Origin: a virus
Reading direction: 5' to 3' (one strand)
Virus record (IMG/VR): IMGVR_UViG_3300005537_000024
Span: 1 to 64,000 of that record
Length of the DNA stretch: 64,000 nucleotides
Shown: positions 17,477-25,755 of the stretch, piece by piece
How positions within the stretch are numbered: position 1 is the first letter of the stretch
Layout of the letters: every line of letters starts with the position of its first letter
Translations under genes and position numbers: made by a program
Notes under the pieces: generated by a model
Seen by the model: the letters and a program-made list of their open reading frames with translations, nothing else
The model's database searches: none
What the model was told of the DNA's origin: nothing

Positions 17477-18240
17477 GCTGCTACCCCTTTCTGGGTGACG
17501 ACGAAGCGTCCCTCGACGCGCTCGACCTTGGCGCCGACCTTCTCGCAGACGCGGCGGAGCGTGACGGCGCACTTCTTCCAGCCGCCGAGCTTCTTGCACA
17601 GCTCCGCCTCGGTCGCGCCGATCGAGCCGGCCGCCACCGCGGCGTCGAGGAGGAGCGCCTGCTTAGATCCCGCCCGGAGGCCGTCCGGCCGGCTAGAAGC
17701 TGCCGCCGGCTGGCCTTCCGCCGGGGCGGCGACCTTTGGCGCCCGCGGCGCCTTCCGCTGCTTGGCGCCCTTCTCAAGGGCTGCGACGGCGTCCGTCCCG
17801 GCCGGGGCAGTCATGAGGGTCATCACGTCGTCGGCCGCGGCCTCGCCGAGCGTCTTCGCCTTGCGCGCCTTGGCCGGCTTGGGCGCCTTGGCGGCCTTAG
17901 GCTTGGCGCCGGAGCTACGGAGCTGCGAAGGGTTCGCGCCGAGCATCTTCGCCGCGGCGCTCGCCTTGGACTTCGGGTTCTTGATCTTCGCCGCCTTGGC
18001 GTCCTTCGCCTTGAGCGCCTTGCGCTCCTCGGGGGTCAGCTTCGGCCGGACGAGGAAGCTCGGCACGCTAAGGTCGTCTGCCAAGCCTGCGGGCGCCGGG
18101 GCGTTGTCGGTTTCGTTAGCGTTCATGGTAGTTTCCTTCGGGTTCGCCGGAGCGGCACGCGCCGGCTTGGTGGGTCGCTTGGTGATCCAGTTAGCGTTGC
18201 GGGCCTCGCGGAGCCTCGCCTCCTTCGGCCCGATCTTCAC
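17473..18240 (-). CDS. Lys/Ala-rich H1-like protein with C-terminal DUF3489-like winged helix
   Basis: KPKAAKAPKPAKARKAK tract; LRAGSKQALL...ATEAELCKKLGGW; alternative start 18126. Confidence 0.6.
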   Translation of the reverse strand: MKIGPKEARLREARNANWITKRPTKPARAAPANPKETTMNANETDNAPAPAGLADDLSVPSFLVRPKLTPEERKALKAKDAKAAKIKNPKSKASAAAKMLGANPSQLRSSGAKPKAAKAPKPAKARKAKTLGEAAADDVMTLMTAPAGTDAVAALEKGAKQRKAPRAPKVAAPAEGQPAAASSRPDGLRAGSKQALLLDAAVAAGSIGATEAELCKKLGGWKKCAVTLRRVCEKVGAKVERVEGRFVVTQKGVAA

Positions 18241-18677
18241 GACGGCACAAACCGGCCATGCTTGTCGCGGCGAGGTTCCCAGTTGTTCGCCTTGCGAGTA
18301 GCCCAGCCGCGAAGGACGCGATCTCTATCGTTCTGCTCGCGTTGATTCTCGCGCTGCTCTGACGGCGTAGCCCAGCGGCAGTTGGTCGGCTCGTAATTGC
18401 CGTCGACGTCCGGGTAGCGGTCGATCGTGTGGCGCTGCGACGGCTTCGGTCCCATGTCCGCGAGGAAGGCGGAGAAGTCTTTGCGCCACCTCTCGCAAAC
18501 TTTGATGCCTCGACCGCCGTAGTATTTGAACCCTATGTGGCTAGGGCGCTTGCAACGGTCGATCATGGCGCACCACGTTCGATATTCCGCCGTTAGTTTT
18601 CCCCGCGCCGCGTGGCCGTGCTTGGTATTTCGTGCAACGAGATCAGCCCTTGTGGTTATGCCAACTCCTTCCAGCAT
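18237..18677 (-). CDS. HNH-like homing endonuclease, paralogue of 7139-7636
   Basis: EYRTWCAMIDRC..YGGRGIKVCERW...TIDRYPDVDGNYEPTNCRWAT; start uncertain. Confidence 0.8.
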   Translation of the reverse strand: MLEGVGITTRADLVARNTKHGHAARGKLTAEYRTWCAMIDRCKRPSHIGFKYYGGRGIKVCERWRKDFSAFLADMGPKPSQRHTIDRYPDVDGNYEPTNCRWATPSEQRENQREQNDRDRVLRGWATRKANNWEPRRDKHGRFVPS

Positions 18678-18990
18678 CGTGAGAGTGAACTCCCCGGGCG
18701 ACGGCCTTGCGGTCGACGCCGCGGCCGGCAAGCTGCTCGGCCTTGGCGATCTCCGCCCGGGCGAGCGCGCTCCCCGTCGCCATGATGCGGCGGTAGGCGC
18801 AGGCGTCCGTGACGCCGTTGCGCTCGGCCGCGTCGTCCCAGCCCTTGAACGTGATCGCGCCCTGGGGGCCGACGACCGCCTTTACGAGGCCCTTCTTGAG
18901 CTTCGCCTCGAGGGCGGCGACTGCCTTGAGGACCTCGGCGATCCGTTCCTGCACGGTCTGCTTGGGCTTCCGCATGGTTTCGCAGGCCAT
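18643..18990 (-). CDS. Uncharacterised protein, AAA-associated
   Basis: GVTDACAYRR and HSHDAGRSWHNH motifs; TAATG-coupled. Confidence 0.75.
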   Translation of the reverse strand: MACETMRKPKQTVQERIAEVLKAVAALEAKLKKGLVKAVVGPQGAITFKGWDDAAERNGVTDACAYRRIMATGSALARAEIAKAEQLAGRGVDRKAVARGVHSHDAGRSWHNHKG

Positions 18991-19805
18991 TAGCGCGGCT
19001 CCCCCTGCTCGGCGGCGCGGAGGTCGGCGTTCGACGCCTTCCAGATCGCGGAGTCCTCGAGGTCGAGCGCGGCCGCGGCCTTCGGGGCGGCGGCGGCGAC
19101 CTCGTCCTCGCCGAAGTCTAGGAAGGCGGCGCGCAGCTCCGTGATCTTGCGGATCGCGGACTTGTCGACGCCGATCGCCTTGCCGTCCTTCTGGTCCCGG
19201 ACGATCTGCGACGCCGCCGCGCGCGCGGTCGCGACGGCCATCTCGACCTTGGTCTGCGCGTCGACCGTGAGCATCTCGCCGATGCCCTTGACGCGGCTCG
19301 CGGCCTCGCGGATCGCCGCCGCGTCGCCCCCCTCGACGCCGCCCGCCATCGCGGCCATCAGCTCCGTGATCTCGGAATTGATCGCGCGGACGGCCTCGAC
19401 GTCGTCCGGCATGACGCGGCCGGCGAGGACGTAGAGCGTGACGGTGGTCAGGGACGAGCTGGCGTTGAACTCCTCGACGACGACCTTCGCGGCGGCGACC
19501 GCGGCGTCGAGCTTGTCGGAGCTAACCTCCGGGCAGAGGAGACCGAAGGCGGTCTGCGAGCAGACGGAGCGGATGAGGCCGCACGCGCGGGTCCGTGCCT
19601 TCTTGGCCCGGTCGTGTTCGACGGGGTCGTCGATCGTACGCTCCATCTCCCAGCGGGCGACGGCGGCGCCCTCGGGCGTAGCGGCGGCGCCGTCGATCGC
19701 GGGCGTGCTTTCGAGGTCGCGGCGAGCGTAGTGGACGTTCCCGCGGACGCTCGTCTTGAGGGCGACGAGGAACCCGGGGCGGAGGGTCGTGCTGCTGATG
19801 GTCAT
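18990..19805 (-). CDS. Uncharacterised helical protein, AAA-associated
   Basis: AGGAG RBS; LRPGFLVALKTS N-terminus. Confidence 0.75.
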   Translation of the reverse strand: MTISSTTLRPGFLVALKTSVRGNVHYARRDLESTPAIDGAAATPEGAAVARWEMERTIDDPVEHDRAKKARTRACGLIRSVCSQTAFGLLCPEVSSDKLDAAVAAAKVVVEEFNASSSLTTVTLYVLAGRVMPDDVEAVRAINSEITELMAAMAGGVEGGDAAAIREAASRVKGIGEMLTVDAQTKVEMAVATARAAASQIVRDQKDGKAIGVDKSAIRKITELRAAFLDFGEDEVAAAAPKAAAALDLEDSAIWKASNADLRAAEQGEPR

Positions 19806-19814
19806 TTGGTGGTC

Positions 19815-19879
19815 TCCTATCGGCGGGGTGATTCCCCGGCGCGGCCCTACTAGGAAGCTGCGCGCCGGGGGATGTACAG
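19815..19879 (-). promoter_or_regulatory. Duplicated upstream element, copy A
   Basis: CTGTACATC..GCGCGCAGCTT..TAGG..GCGCCGGGG..CGCCGATAGGA shared with 21653-21724. Confidence 0.65.
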
Positions 19880-19900
19880 GGCGTCGTGGAAAAATATCCC

Positions 19901-21475
19901 CTAGATGTCGAGCGAGCGGAGGCGGGGGGCGGAGGTCTTCTCCTCGGCGACGCCGGCCGGCCGAGCCTTGCCGACCGCCCATTCCCGCAGCGCCTTGATC
20001 TTCGGCGCGGCGGTCTTCGAGAGCGGGACGACGCCCTTCGCGGCGGCGAGCAGGTCGTCCGTCGCGATCGCGCGCTCGCCGTCGTTGAAGGCGGCGAACA
20101 TCGCCTCGGGGACGACGGCCGCGATCTCGGCGCCGGTGAACCCCTCGGTCGCGTCGGCGACCGCGCCGCAGTCGACCGAGTTCGGGTCGCGCTCGAAGCC
20201 GCGAAGCGTGGCGAACGCGATCTGCGCGCGCTCCTGGTTCGTCGGGAGGTCGACGAAGAACAGCTCGTCAAACCGGCCCTTGCGGAGGAGCTCCGGCGGG
20301 AGGGCGGAGACGTCGTTCGCGGTCGCGATCACGAACGCCTCGGACGAGCGATCCTGCATCCACGTGAGGACGGCGCCGAGCTGGTCGGCGGAGGTCCCGC
20401 CGTCGGAGGAGCCGGAGGTCGCGCCCTGCATCGCCTTCTCGATCTCGTCGAGCCAGACTACGCACCTGCCCACGGCCTCGATGACCTTGAACGCCTTGCG
20501 GATGTTCTGCTCGGACTCGCCGACGAACTTCGACTTGAGGGCGCCGAGGTCCATGCGGATCAGCGGGACGCCGAAGAACGTCGCGGTCGCCTTCGCGGTG
20601 TACGTTTTGCCCGTGCCCGGGATGCCGACGATCAAGACGCCCTTCGGGGTCGGGATCTTCGCGGCCCGCGCCTTCGCGGAGAACGCAGCGACGCGCGACT
20701 TGAGCCACGCCTTCAGGTTCTCGAGGCCGCCGACCGCGTCGAGGCCGCCGGGCAGGGGGTCGCACCACTCGAGGATTCGCTCGCGGGCGATCACGCGCTG
20801 CTTCTCCTTCGAGACGACGGCGGGGTCGACGCGGCGGAGCTTGACGAGCGAGTGGTTGAAACAAGCGACGGCCTCCTCCTCGGTCAGGCCGACCGCGGCG
20901 TCGATCGCCGCCTCGCGCTTGCCGTTGAGCGGCTCGACCTTGTCGCCGCCGGACCGGACGGCCTCGTCGAGCACCTCGCCGATCTCGGCGCGGTCGGGGA
21001 GCGGCCACTCGATGACGGTCGCGTGGTTGGCAAGCTCCGGGGGGACCTCGCCGCCCGGGGAAAGGACGACGACTGCCTGCGTGCTCGCGAGGTCGGCGGC
21101 CGGGAGGGAGCGGGCCAGGTTGCGGAGCTGGCGGAGTGTCGTCGAGCCACCTATCCCGGAGAGCCACGCCGGGAGGTCGCGCATGATCCAGAGGCCGCGG
21201 AACGGGTCGGAAGTGCGCCGGGAAGCGTTGCGGACCTCGTCGAGCGCGGTCCCGGCGTCGCGGGAGCCCTCAGGCTCGGGGAGCGGGTCGCCCTGATCGT
21301 TGGCAAGCCCGACCGCGCAGTCCCACGTCGTGACGCGGTACTTGAGCGCCGCGGCGGCGGCGGCGAGGTATCGCTCGACCCGAGCCTCCTCGCGGCTCAC
21401 GATCCAGATTAGGGGCTTGCGGGCGCGGAGGAGGGCGGCGACGTCGGCGGCGACTTCTTGCGAGCGGGTTTTCAT
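19901..21475 (-). CDS. Ycf46-like AAA+ ATPase
   Basis: Walker A GIPGTGKT, Walker B VWLDEIEK, SRH ATAN..LPPELLRKGRFDELFFVDLP; degenerate N-terminal AAA-like region. Confidence 0.92.
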   Translation of the reverse strand: MKTRSQEVAADVAALLRARKPLIWIVSREEARVERYLAAAAAALKYRVTTWDCAVGLANDQGDPLPEPEGSRDAGTALDEVRNASRRTSDPFRGLWIMRDLPAWLSGIGGSTTLRQLRNLARSLPAADLASTQAVVVLSPGGEVPPELANHATVIEWPLPDRAEIGEVLDEAVRSGGDKVEPLNGKREAAIDAAVGLTEEEAVACFNHSLVKLRRVDPAVVSKEKQRVIARERILEWCDPLPGGLDAVGGLENLKAWLKSRVAAFSAKARAAKIPTPKGVLIVGIPGTGKTYTAKATATFFGVPLIRMDLGALKSKFVGESEQNIRKAFKVIEAVGRCVVWLDEIEKAMQGATSGSSDGGTSADQLGAVLTWMQDRSSEAFVIATANDVSALPPELLRKGRFDELFFVDLPTNQERAQIAFATLRGFERDPNSVDCGAVADATEGFTGAEIAAVVPEAMFAAFNDGERAIATDDLLAAAKGVVPLSKTAAPKIKALREWAVGKARPAGVAEEKTSAPRLRSLDI

Positions 21476-21642
21476 TGGGCGAGCTCCGTGGTGAAACCGG
21501 GAAGGGTACGGGCCGAGCGGTAGAGCGCGACCGAGGCGGCGAGCTCCGCGGTCGCGCACCTGATCGGCTGGCCCCGCGCGTCGCACGCGATCTTGAGCAG
21601 GCCGGCCGCGTCGCGGTAGCGGGCGAAGTAGAATTGTTCCAT
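21472..21642 (-). CDS. Small hypothetical protein
   Basis: 56 aa MEQFYFARYRDAAG..., ATGA-coupled to the ATPase. Confidence 0.5.
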   Translation of the reverse strand: MEQFYFARYRDAAGLLKIACDARGQPIRCATAELAASVALYRSARTLPGFTTELAQ

Positions 21643-21652
21643 CGAGGTATTT

Positions 21653-21724
21653 TCCTATCGGCGAGGGACGGGAATCTCCCCCGGCGCAATTCCTATTGAA
21701 AGCTGCGCGCTGGCCGATGTACAG
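21653..21724 (-). promoter_or_regulatory. Duplicated upstream element, copy B
   Basis: Same block order as 19815-19879. Confidence 0.65.
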
Positions 21725-21725
21725 T
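21696..21725 (+). promoter_or_regulatory. Candidate sigma70 promoter for the cmoA-like gene (near-leaderless)
   Basis: TTGAAA-N18-TACAGT ending 5 nt before ATG 21731; no SD sequence. Confidence 0.45.
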
Positions 21726-21730
21726 CCCCC

Positions 21731-22420
21731 ATGAAGAAAAATGTCCCCGTCCCCAGCAAGTTCAAGATCCCCGACAATTGGACGTTCCGGAGCGAAAGCG
21801 TCGCGCGGAACTTCGACCAGCACGTCCGCGAATCGCTCCCGTGGTACGACCTCGCGACGGGCATCATCGTCCACGTCGCCCGGTCGTACCTCCCGCGGCG
21901 CGGCGTCGTCGTCGACGTCGGGGCCTCGACCGGCAACATCGGCCGCGCGCTCGCCCCGATCCTGAAGGTGCGCGAGGCGCAGCTCGTCGCGATCGACTCG
22001 GCGGCGGAGATGGCCGCGGTCTACGACGCTCCGGGCCAGTTCGTCGTCATGGACGCCGTCGAGTTCAACTTCGCGAACCGTCGTCCCGACCTGATCGTCT
22101 GTTTCCTCGCGCTCCAGTTCGTCCCGGTCGCCGAGCGGGGTGGCCTAGTTCAACGCATGATCGGAGCGATTCGTCCGGGGGGCGCCGTCGTCGTTTTCGA
22201 TAAGATGGTGCCGCGGCCCGGCTACGTCGGGACGGTCGCCTACCGGATGACGCTCGCTGCGAAGTCGGAAGCCGGGGCGTCGCCGGCGGAGATCGTCGCG
22301 AAGGAGCTCTCGATCGCCGGCGTCCAGCGCCCGCTCGCAGAGGAGGAGCTCGCCGGCTTCGTCGAGGTCTTCCGGTTCGGCGACTTCGCCGGCTTCGTCC
22401 GCGAGCGCCCGGCGCTGTAG
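21731..22420 (+). CDS. cmoA: CmoA-like carboxy-SAM synthase / SAM-dependent methyltransferase
   Basis: WTF...VARNFDQHVRESLPWYD, VDVGASTG, AIDS, LQFVP, EIVAKELSIAGV. Confidence 0.8.
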   Translation: MKKNVPVPSKFKIPDNWTFRSESVARNFDQHVRESLPWYDLATGIIVHVARSYLPRRGVVVDVGASTGNIGRALAPILKVREAQLVAIDSAAEMAAVYDAPGQFVVMDAVEFNFANRRPDLIVCFLALQFVPVAERGGLVQRMIGAIRPGGAVVVFDKMVPRPGYVGTVAYRMTLAAKSEAGASPAEIVAKELSIAGVQRPLAEEELAGFVEVFRFGDFAGFVRERPAL

Positions 22421-22445
22421 ACGCCGGGGACTTCCGTCCCTATAC
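22417..22445 (+). promoter_or_regulatory. Sigma70-type promoter
   Basis: GTAGAC-N17-CTATAC, same architecture as 9350-9378, upstream of GGAGG-ATG 22469. Confidence 0.6.
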
Positions 22446-22468
22446 AGGCGCATCTGGAGGACCGCCGC

Positions 22469-22684
22469 ATGAGCAAGAAGCCGACCAAGCAGTCGCGCGC
22501 GACCGCCCGGCGCAAGGCGCGCCAGGAGCGGGCGATAGAGGCGTTCCGCAAGTGGTACATCGGCCGGCAGAGGCGCCACGGCCTCAGCGCCCGCGACCTG
22601 CGCGGATACCTGTTCACGGTCGGCGTCCCGTTCCGCGACCTGCCGCAGAGGTCGAAGCAAAAGCTCGTGGAGGACTTCGGATGA
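22469..22684 (+). CDS. Basic hypothetical protein
   Basis: GGAGG RBS; 71 aa. Confidence 0.6.
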   Translation: MSKKPTKQSRATARRKARQERAIEAFRKWYIGRQRRHGLSARDLRGYLFTVGVPFRDLPQRSKQKLVEDFG

Positions 22685-22857
22685 TCTCCGTCACCGTCCG
22701 ATCTGAGGAGGAGTTCGACAAGGTCGTGAACGAGAAGGAGGTCGAGGGCCTTCGCCTAGCGTGCATGAGCAACTGCGGCCTGCCGCCCGGCGTCGTGCGC
22801 CTCACGTTCCTGCCGGCCAGCAGCTTCGCGAACCCCAAAGGGAAGACTGCCAAGTGA
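22681..22857 (+). CDS. Hypothetical protein
   Basis: ATGA-coupled; GGAGG RBS. Confidence 0.5.
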   Translation: MISVTVRSEEEFDKVVNEKEVEGLRLACMSNCGLPPGVVRLTFLPASSFANPKGKTAK

Positions 22858-23459
22858 CCTTCGACCCCTACGCCGAGCTCGGCGTCCCGCGCGACGCGGG
22901 TCCCGAGCAGATCAAGAAGGCACACCGCAAGCGGGCGAAGCGCACGCACCCGGACGGCGGCGGCGACCCGGACGCGTTCGTCCGTACGCAGCGCGCGCTC
23001 GCGGTCCTCTCGGACCCCGGCAAGCGGAAGGTCTTCGACGAGACGGGGCGCCTCGAGGAGGACAAGGCCGACAACGAGCGCGCGACGGCGCTCCAGATCA
23101 TCGAGGCGTTCATAAACGGCGTCATCGACGCGCACTTCCAGGGAAAGGCGGTCGACCCGCGCTGCCGCGACCTCTTCAACGAGTTCAGGATCGCGGCCGA
23201 GAACGAGATCGAGCAGGCAACGGCCGGCATGGCGCAGGGGCGCCAGGTGAAGGCGTTCCTCGAGGACCTCGCCGGCCGGGTCAAGGGCAGCGACCCCGCG
23301 CGGCCGATCGAGAGAATGCTCGAGCGCCGTATCCACTACGTGGCCGACCAGCTCAAAAAGGCGGAGGACTCCATCGCCGCCCGCAAGCTCGCCATCGAGA
23401 TCGCGGCGCGGTACTCGATGGCGAGCGCCTACACCGTGACCGTCACGGTGAGGTCATGA
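22854..23459 (+). CDS. J-domain (DnaJ-like) protein
   Basis: DPYAELGV...IKKAHRKRAKRTHPD...VLSDP..RKVFD with intact HPD. Confidence 0.9.
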   Translation: MTFDPYAELGVPRDAGPEQIKKAHRKRAKRTHPDGGGDPDAFVRTQRALAVLSDPGKRKVFDETGRLEEDKADNERATALQIIEAFINGVIDAHFQGKAVDPRCRDLFNEFRIAAENEIEQATAGMAQGRQVKAFLEDLAGRVKGSDPARPIERMLERRIHYVADQLKKAEDSIAARKLAIEIAARYSMASAYTVTVTVRS

Positions 23460-23779
23460 CGCGGCGCGACACCGTCCTCGCCCTCACGGCGGCCGTCTGC
23501 GTCGCGTACGTGCTGGCGGTCGCCGTTTCGCGCAACGCGGTCAAGGGGTCGACGGAGATCGACCTCACGCTCGCCTACGCGTGCGGCTTCCGCGCCGGAC
23601 AGCACGACATCGGCGAGGTCCTCGCCCCGTCCGTCGCGTTCTCGCCGCTCTCGCCGCACTGCCTGGGGATCGGCGAGGTCGCGGCGCGCCACGGCTTCGA
23701 CCCCGCCGCGGAGAAATGCACGAACGACCCCGAGAAAAGAGACGTCCACCGCTGCCCGATGGTGAAGAGCGACCCGTGA
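23456..23779 (+). CDS. Hypothetical membrane protein
   Basis: N-terminal TM; coupled. Confidence 0.5.
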   Translation: MTRRDTVLALTAAVCVAYVLAVAVSRNAVKGSTEIDLTLAYACGFRAGQHDIGEVLAPSVAFSPLSPHCLGIGEVAARHGFDPAAEKCTNDPEKRDVHRCPMVKSDP

Positions 23780-23991
23780 CGCACTCGGCGAAGAAGCGCG
23801 ACCGGCGGTGGGCGAAGGACCGCGACGGCGCGATCAAGGCGCTCCAGCTCGCCCGTCGCGTGATCGAGGATGAGCGTCAGCGCCTGCGCTGGGAACCGCT
23901 AGAATGCGTCACCGTCCGCCGCTTCGACCGCGCGATCAAGAAGATCAACGCGGCGATCGGCGGCCTCGAACGGAAGGAGATAGGGCCATGA
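23776..23991 (+). CDS. Hypothetical protein
   Basis: GTGA-coupled. Confidence 0.5.
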   Translation: MTHSAKKRDRRWAKDRDGAIKALQLARRVIEDERQRLRWEPLECVTVRRFDRAIKKINAAIGGLERKEIGP

Positions 23992-24251
23992 GGCTCATGC
24001 GCAACCAGCTTACCGGCAAGGGCAAGTACACCGTCTTCGACAATCGCAAGCGTTTGGTCGTGGCCAACGACGGCCCGGGCGAGGAGAATGAGCACTTTGT
24101 TTTGATGTTAAAGGACAAGTACGCGCGGGCGGCGCTGCTCGCCTACGCGCGGGCGGCGACGGAGGACGGGGACCACGAGTACGCCGCCGACGTGACGGAG
24201 CTCGCCGACCGGGCCGGCGAATGTCACCCCAAGTGCAAGAGGCCGGACTGA
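23988..24251 (+). CDS. Hypothetical phage protein
   Basis: AGGAG RBS; FVLMLKDKYARAALLAYA motif. Confidence 0.6.
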   Translation: MRLMRNQLTGKGKYTVFDNRKRLVVANDGPGEENEHFVLMLKDKYARAALLAYARAATEDGDHEYAADVTELADRAGECHPKCKRPD

Positions 24252-25084
24252 TGGGCGAGAACACGAAGATCGAGTGGGCCACGCACACCTTTAACCCCTG
24301 GTTTGGTTGCCAGAAGGTCTCGCCGGGCTGCGACAACTGCTACGCCGAGGCGCTGATGGACAAGCGGCTCGGTCGCGTCCAGTGGGGGCCGCACGGCGAG
24401 CGCGTGCGCACGAGTACGGCGAACTGGAACCTACCATTGAAGTGGGCGATGGCCGCCCGCGGCGCGCGCGAGCGCCCGCGAGTGTTCTGCGCCTCGCTCG
24501 CCGACGTGTTCGACAACCAGGTCTCGGACGAGTGGCGCAGCGACCTATTCGCGCTGATCGAGAACACGCCGGAGCTTGACTGGCTCCTGCTAACGAAGCG
24601 GCCGGAGAACGTCCGCGCGATGCTGCCGGCGTGGTGGCAACCGCCGCTAAGCGCGCCTATGTGGCTCGGCGTGACGGCCGAGGACCAGCACAACTTCGAC
24701 CGGCGCTGGGCGATCCTCCGCATGGTCTGGGCGCGCGTCCGGTTCGTGAGCTACGAGCCCGCGCTCGGCCCGCTGCTGATCGACCACCTCGAGGACGACG
24801 CATACCCGGACTGGATAATCTGCGGCGGCGAGAGCGGGCCGAACGCGCGGCCGATGAACCCCGCCTGGGCCCGGGACCTGCGCGACCAATGCGCCGCCAA
24901 CGGCGTCCCGTTCCTGTTCAAGCAGTGGGGCGAGTGGGCGCCGTTTTACTATCGCGACGACGGTGAGCCTCGAAGGAGTCACGAGTTCGGTGACGTGCGC
25001 GTCCATCGGATAGGCAAGCTGAACGCCGGGCGTCTCCTCGACGGCGCCGAGCACAACGCGTTCCCAACCTGGGAGGAAAGGTGA
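24251..25084 (+). CDS. Phage Gp37/Gp68 (DUF5131) three-Cys radical-SAM-like protein
   Basis: TKIEW..TFNPW.GC.KVSPGCDNCYA, LLLTKR, FVSYEP, GGESG, FKQWG. Confidence 0.92.
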   Translation: MGENTKIEWATHTFNPWFGCQKVSPGCDNCYAEALMDKRLGRVQWGPHGERVRTSTANWNLPLKWAMAARGARERPRVFCASLADVFDNQVSDEWRSDLFALIENTPELDWLLLTKRPENVRAMLPAWWQPPLSAPMWLGVTAEDQHNFDRRWAILRMVWARVRFVSYEPALGPLLIDHLEDDAYPDWIICGGESGPNARPMNPAWARDLRDQCAANGVPFLFKQWGEWAPFYYRDDGEPRRSHEFGDVRVHRIGKLNAGRLLDGAEHNAFPTWEER

Positions 25085-25755
25085 TGGAAGAATCCCTAGA
25101 CTGGCACACGATGAACCTGCCCGACGAGGTCGAGCTCGCCGAGCTCCTATACCCGCGCAACCCGGTCAAGGACAAGCTCCACCTCTACGGCGGCGACTGC
25201 CTCAACTGGCAGCAGGCGAAGGGGTCGAGGCTCGACCCGCCGTACTACGCCGCGGCCGCGGCCATGCTCGCGGTGATCCGGGTCGCGCAGAAGCGAACGG
25301 CGGAGCTCGACCCGCGCTCCAACGGCGGCGACCACTCTTACGACCTCAAGGGCAGCGACGGCGGCCCGATGCCCCTGAACGCGATCGACGCCGAGCGCAA
25401 GCTCGAGGCCGCGATCGAGGCGCTCGGGAAGCCCGAGCCGCTCCTGCCGGAAGGGTTCTGCTGGATGATCTGCGAGCTCCTCGGCCACAACGTACACGTC
25501 GGCCGCGTGATGCAGGTCGAGCAGTTCGGCGCGAAGATGGCCCGCGTCGACGTCCCGTACGTGGACGCCGAGGGCAAGCTCTCCCGGTGGCAGACGCATT
25601 GGTTCACCGCGGCCTCGGTCTACCGGCTGACGGAGACCGACGAGGCGACGGTGATGAAGCGCGCGTTCAAGCCGCCCCCGCAGATCGGCCGCTACATCCA
25701 CCTGAACGACGACGACCCCAATGACGCGAGCGGCGTCGACGAGGACGGTTACTGA
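25081..25755 (+). CDS. Hypothetical protein, possibly two fused domains
   Basis: C-terminal ELLGH..VGRV..EQFG..MARVDVP phage motif. Confidence 0.6.
   Translation: MMEESLDWHTMNLPDEVELAELLYPRNPVKDKLHLYGGDCLNWQQAKGSRLDPPYYAAAAAMLAVIRVAQKRTAELDPRSNGGDHSYDLKGSDGGPMPLNAIDAERKLEAAIEALGKPEPLLPEGFCWMICELLGHNVHVGRVMQVEQFGAKMARVDVPYVDAEGKLSRWQTHWFTAASVYRLTETDEATVMKRAFKPPPQIGRYIHLNDDDPNDASGVDEDGY

Noticed and set aside
21476-21874. N-terminal extension of the AAA ATPase to 657 aa
   Set aside because: It would overlap the cmoA-like gene and regulatory repeat; ATG 21475 is coupled to a small upstream ORF
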